DNA of 64,000 nt from Patescibacteria group bacterium (GTDB lineage Bacteria; Patescibacteriota; Microgenomatia; Daviesbacterales; UBA10151): contig CALRFD010000002.1 of NCBI GenBank assembly GCA_943356485.1, positions 37,032 through 101,031 on the forward strand. The letters are read 5' to 3'. Every line of letters starts with the position of its first letter. Position 1 is the stretch's first letter. This document shows positions 61,563 through 64,000 of this stretch, in pieces. A program made the translations under genes and the position numbers. Under the pieces are notes generated by a model that worked only from the letters and a program-made list of their open reading frames with translations, was not told the DNA's origin and searched no databases.

Positions 61563-62246
61563 TTAATCAAACAAAATAGTTTTCTTTGAAATAAACCTGT
61601 ATAGCATAGCTGGTCGGTGCGCACCTTGCAAATCTTTTTCGCCCACCGGTTGCAATAACTTTAAGCCCAACATTTTTTTTCTAAAATTCCGCTTATCCAA
61701 TTTTGCATTTAATATTATTTCATATGTTTTTTGCATATCACTTAATCTGAATTTTTCCGGCAGTAGACCTAAAACAATGTTGCTATATTCGATCTTACTT
61801 CTCAATCGATCCACTGCTTTTTTAATAATCATTTTATGATTAAAAGCTAACTCCGGTAACCTATTTACTGAAAAAAGGTTTAATTCCCGTACACTGGGAG
61901 ATTTAATGGGAGTTAATTTATAGTTATTTGAAAGTACGAAATAAGCAACGGTTACCACCCGGGACTTAGAATTTTTACTTAATTCACCAAAAGTGTAAAG
62001 CTGTTCCAAATATACTTTTTCTATTTCTACTCCGGTTTTTTCCTTTAAAGCCCTGCTGGCTGCATCCAGTAGAGATTCATTCATATTAACGAATACGCCC
62101 GGAAGCGCCCAGTAACCTTTAAAAGGATCCTTTCCTCTTTTAGTTAAAATAATCTTTAATTTATTATCCGAAATTGTAAAGATTAATACATCTACAGTAA
62201 CCTCGGGATGCTCAACGTTAGCTGAGTTAGTGTTATTTTTACGCAT
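61563..62246 (-). CDS. nrtR: Nudix-related transcriptional regulator
   Basis: TVDVLIF, WALPG, YLEQLYTFG, LAFNH, LDKRNFRKK, HRPAMLYRF. Confidence 0.92.
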   Translation of the reverse strand: MRKNNTNSANVEHPEVTVDVLIFTISDNKLKIILTKRGKDPFKGYWALPGVFVNMNESLLDAASRALKEKTGVEIEKVYLEQLYTFGELSKNSKSRVVTVAYFVLSNNYKLTPIKSPSVRELNLFSVNRLPELAFNHKMIIKKAVDRLRSKIEYSNIVLGLLPEKFRLSDMQKTYEIILNAKLDKRNFRKKMLGLKLLQPVGEKDLQGAHRPAMLYRFISKKTILFD

Positions 62247-62261
62247 ACAGATATTATACTA

Positions 62262-63962
62262 CTATTCCCAGGCAAGTGTTTTTCGGGAGAGTTTTTCAAT
62301 CTCTATTTTTGGCCTCTGTTTAAAATATTCCTTATCATTTAAATGATCCTTAAATACCTCTACTAAAAACTCACCTGTTAAGATATCCGGCAGGTAGACA
62401 AAGTCCGCCCCAAATTTATATAAGCTTTTTGCCTCCTTGATTGTATCTGCCCTAACTATTATCGGAGCGCTAATCTTTAAATTCTTTAAATCTTCTATTA
62501 ATAACTTATTATCATGCAGATCAGGAACTGTTGAGATAACCGATCTGACTTTTTGAAAATTCAATAGTTGCAGTACTTCCGGGTCTGACATATCGCCAAA
62601 AATTACCGGTATTTTTTCCTGCGTTAACCTTTCAACCTGATATGGATTAAAATCTAAAACAACAAAAGGAATTTTCTCTTTTTGCAAAAAACGTATTATA
62701 TGCTCCCCTACCTGATGCGCCCCAATTAATACAACGTGATCTGACAATTCAGTTTTATCATCTAAGACAACTATCTTTTTTTGCCTTTCAAAAAATGCAA
62801 TTACGAAGGATAGTTTTTTGTAAATTTTATTAGACCTTGAGATGACCAAGGATGAGCCGACTATTGAAAGCAGTGATGATAGCGCGATAACTGTTAGCGC
62901 ACTTTGTGAAATAATTCCAATCTTAAGTCCGACCAATAAAATAATTAAGGAAAATTCTGATACCTGGGACAAATTAATAGCCGTATGAAACATCGTATGT
63001 TTCTTAAAGCCAAAAATGCCAAAAATTAGTAAAAAGATTAAAGGCTTAATCAAAACAGCATATAAAACAAAAACTATTATTACCGGGTATACTACCACCA
63101 GGTCAGAAAAGTTAACCCGGGTTCCCAGGTAGACAAAAAACAGGGTGGTAAAAAAATCTCTCAGCGGCTTAACTTTTCCCTGAATCTGAAAATGATATGG
63201 TGAAGAAGCCAGCGCAACTCCGGCTAAAAATGCACCGATTAAAATTGAAAACCCCATCACCTGGGCTAGAGTTATAAAAGCAAAACACCAGGCTAAAGCA
63301 GTTAGAAACAGTAGTTCACCAGAATCAGACACAGACTTAAAAATCTTAGGCAATATGAAATTTGAAAAAAATAAAGTCAGACTAAATAAGATAAAGACTT
63401 TAAATATAAAAACCGACAGTGGTAGTGCTTGGGCTAAGCTAAACCCGCTAAAAACAGTAACTGAGGTCATCGCTAGAAGAATTAAAACAGCTAAAAGATC
63501 TTCCAGCAAAAGAATTCCCAAAGACAACTTACCATATAAAGAAGTAAGATCTTTTTTATCTAAGAGAAGCTTCACCACAACTATCGTGGAAGAAAAAGAA
63601 AGTCCAATACCTAGATAAATTGCCTCAGTTAATTTAAAGCCAAAACTTTGGGCAATAAACGTGCCAAAAACAGAAGTAATAATTACCTGCAGGATCCCGG
63701 CAATTAGTATCTGTCTACCGAAATTTTTAATCTCCCGAAGATCCAACTCCATTCCAACCAGAAATAAAACAAAGGCAATTCCAATATCAGGTAAAAAAGA
63801 AAGCACCAGGGATTTTGATAGATCGAAACTTAATATAGCTGAAAGAATTAAACCTGTTAACAAATAAGCTATCAGAAGAGGCAGCTTTAGCTTATAAGTA
63901 ACAAAGCCTAAAGCGCAGGATAGGCTTAATATTACTGCAAGTTGTATGAAGATATTATTCAT
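62262..63962 (-). CDS. CPA2 cation:proton antiporter with TrkA-N/KTN domain (Kef-like)
   Basis: GIAFVLFLVGMEL, SSTIVV, GAFLAG, PLRDFF, QVSEFS, HVVLIG. Confidence 0.9.
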   Translation of the reverse strand: MNNIFIQLAVILSLSCALGFVTYKLKLPLLIAYLLTGLILSAILSFDLSKSLVLSFLPDIGIAFVLFLVGMELDLREIKNFGRQILIAGILQVIITSVFGTFIAQSFGFKLTEAIYLGIGLSFSSTIVVVKLLLDKKDLTSLYGKLSLGILLLEDLLAVLILLAMTSVTVFSGFSLAQALPLSVFIFKVFILFSLTLFFSNFILPKIFKSVSDSGELLFLTALAWCFAFITLAQVMGFSILIGAFLAGVALASSPYHFQIQGKVKPLRDFFTTLFFVYLGTRVNFSDLVVVYPVIIVFVLYAVLIKPLIFLLIFGIFGFKKHTMFHTAINLSQVSEFSLIILLVGLKIGIISQSALTVIALSSLLSIVGSSLVISRSNKIYKKLSFVIAFFERQKKIVVLDDKTELSDHVVLIGAHQVGEHIIRFLQKEKIPFVVLDFNPYQVERLTQEKIPVIFGDMSDPEVLQLLNFQKVRSVISTVPDLHDNKLLIEDLKNLKISAPIIVRADTIKEAKSLYKFGADFVYLPDILTGEFLVEVFKDHLNDKEYFKQRPKIEIEKLSRKTLAWE

Positions 63963-64000
63963 AATTTAAGCGTAAAGCGTTAAGGGGCAGGAGGGGTAAA

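Noticed and set aside
63975-64000. tRNA end at the right window edge
   Set aside because: G-rich stretch lacks a recognisable T-loop and is truncated

Overview
AT-rich chromosomal segment from a small-genome bacterium. The gene set and order point to Patescibacteria/CPR, probably Microgenomates (inference; standard code 11). Housekeeping backbone: rnc 3' end, rpsP-KH-trmD, a type IV pilus cluster (pilB/T/C, pilins, pilD, pilX-like, pilM/N/O), holB-like, gyrB-[murC, murI, murD, alr, hydrolase, murF, ddl]-gyrA, nfo, a Xer recombinase, yebC, an LCP protein, tgt and a Kef-type antiporter. No rRNA, tRNA, CRISPR array or transposase was recognised. Most interesting items: (1) a three-gene insert between rnc and rpsP. 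Two genes share a ~555-bp near-identical 5' end but have different OmpR-like winged-helix C-termini, and the third combines a diverged copy of that N-terminus with a PD-(D/E)xK nuclease motif. (2) A cohesin/dockerin surface-protein operon in which three proteins share a split scaffold domain interrupted, just after a conserved VKTAYA motif, by variable Cys-rich passengers. (3) A complete NAD salvage operon with three NrtR boxes, near a possible ADP-ribosyltransferase-fold orphan. (4) A ~1 kb non-coding gap with a dif-like site and a candidate structured RNA. (5) An amidase/holin-like pair with no prophage. (6) Tiny palindromic elements inserted in-frame in genes. All protein family calls come from motif recognition by eye; no searches were run.
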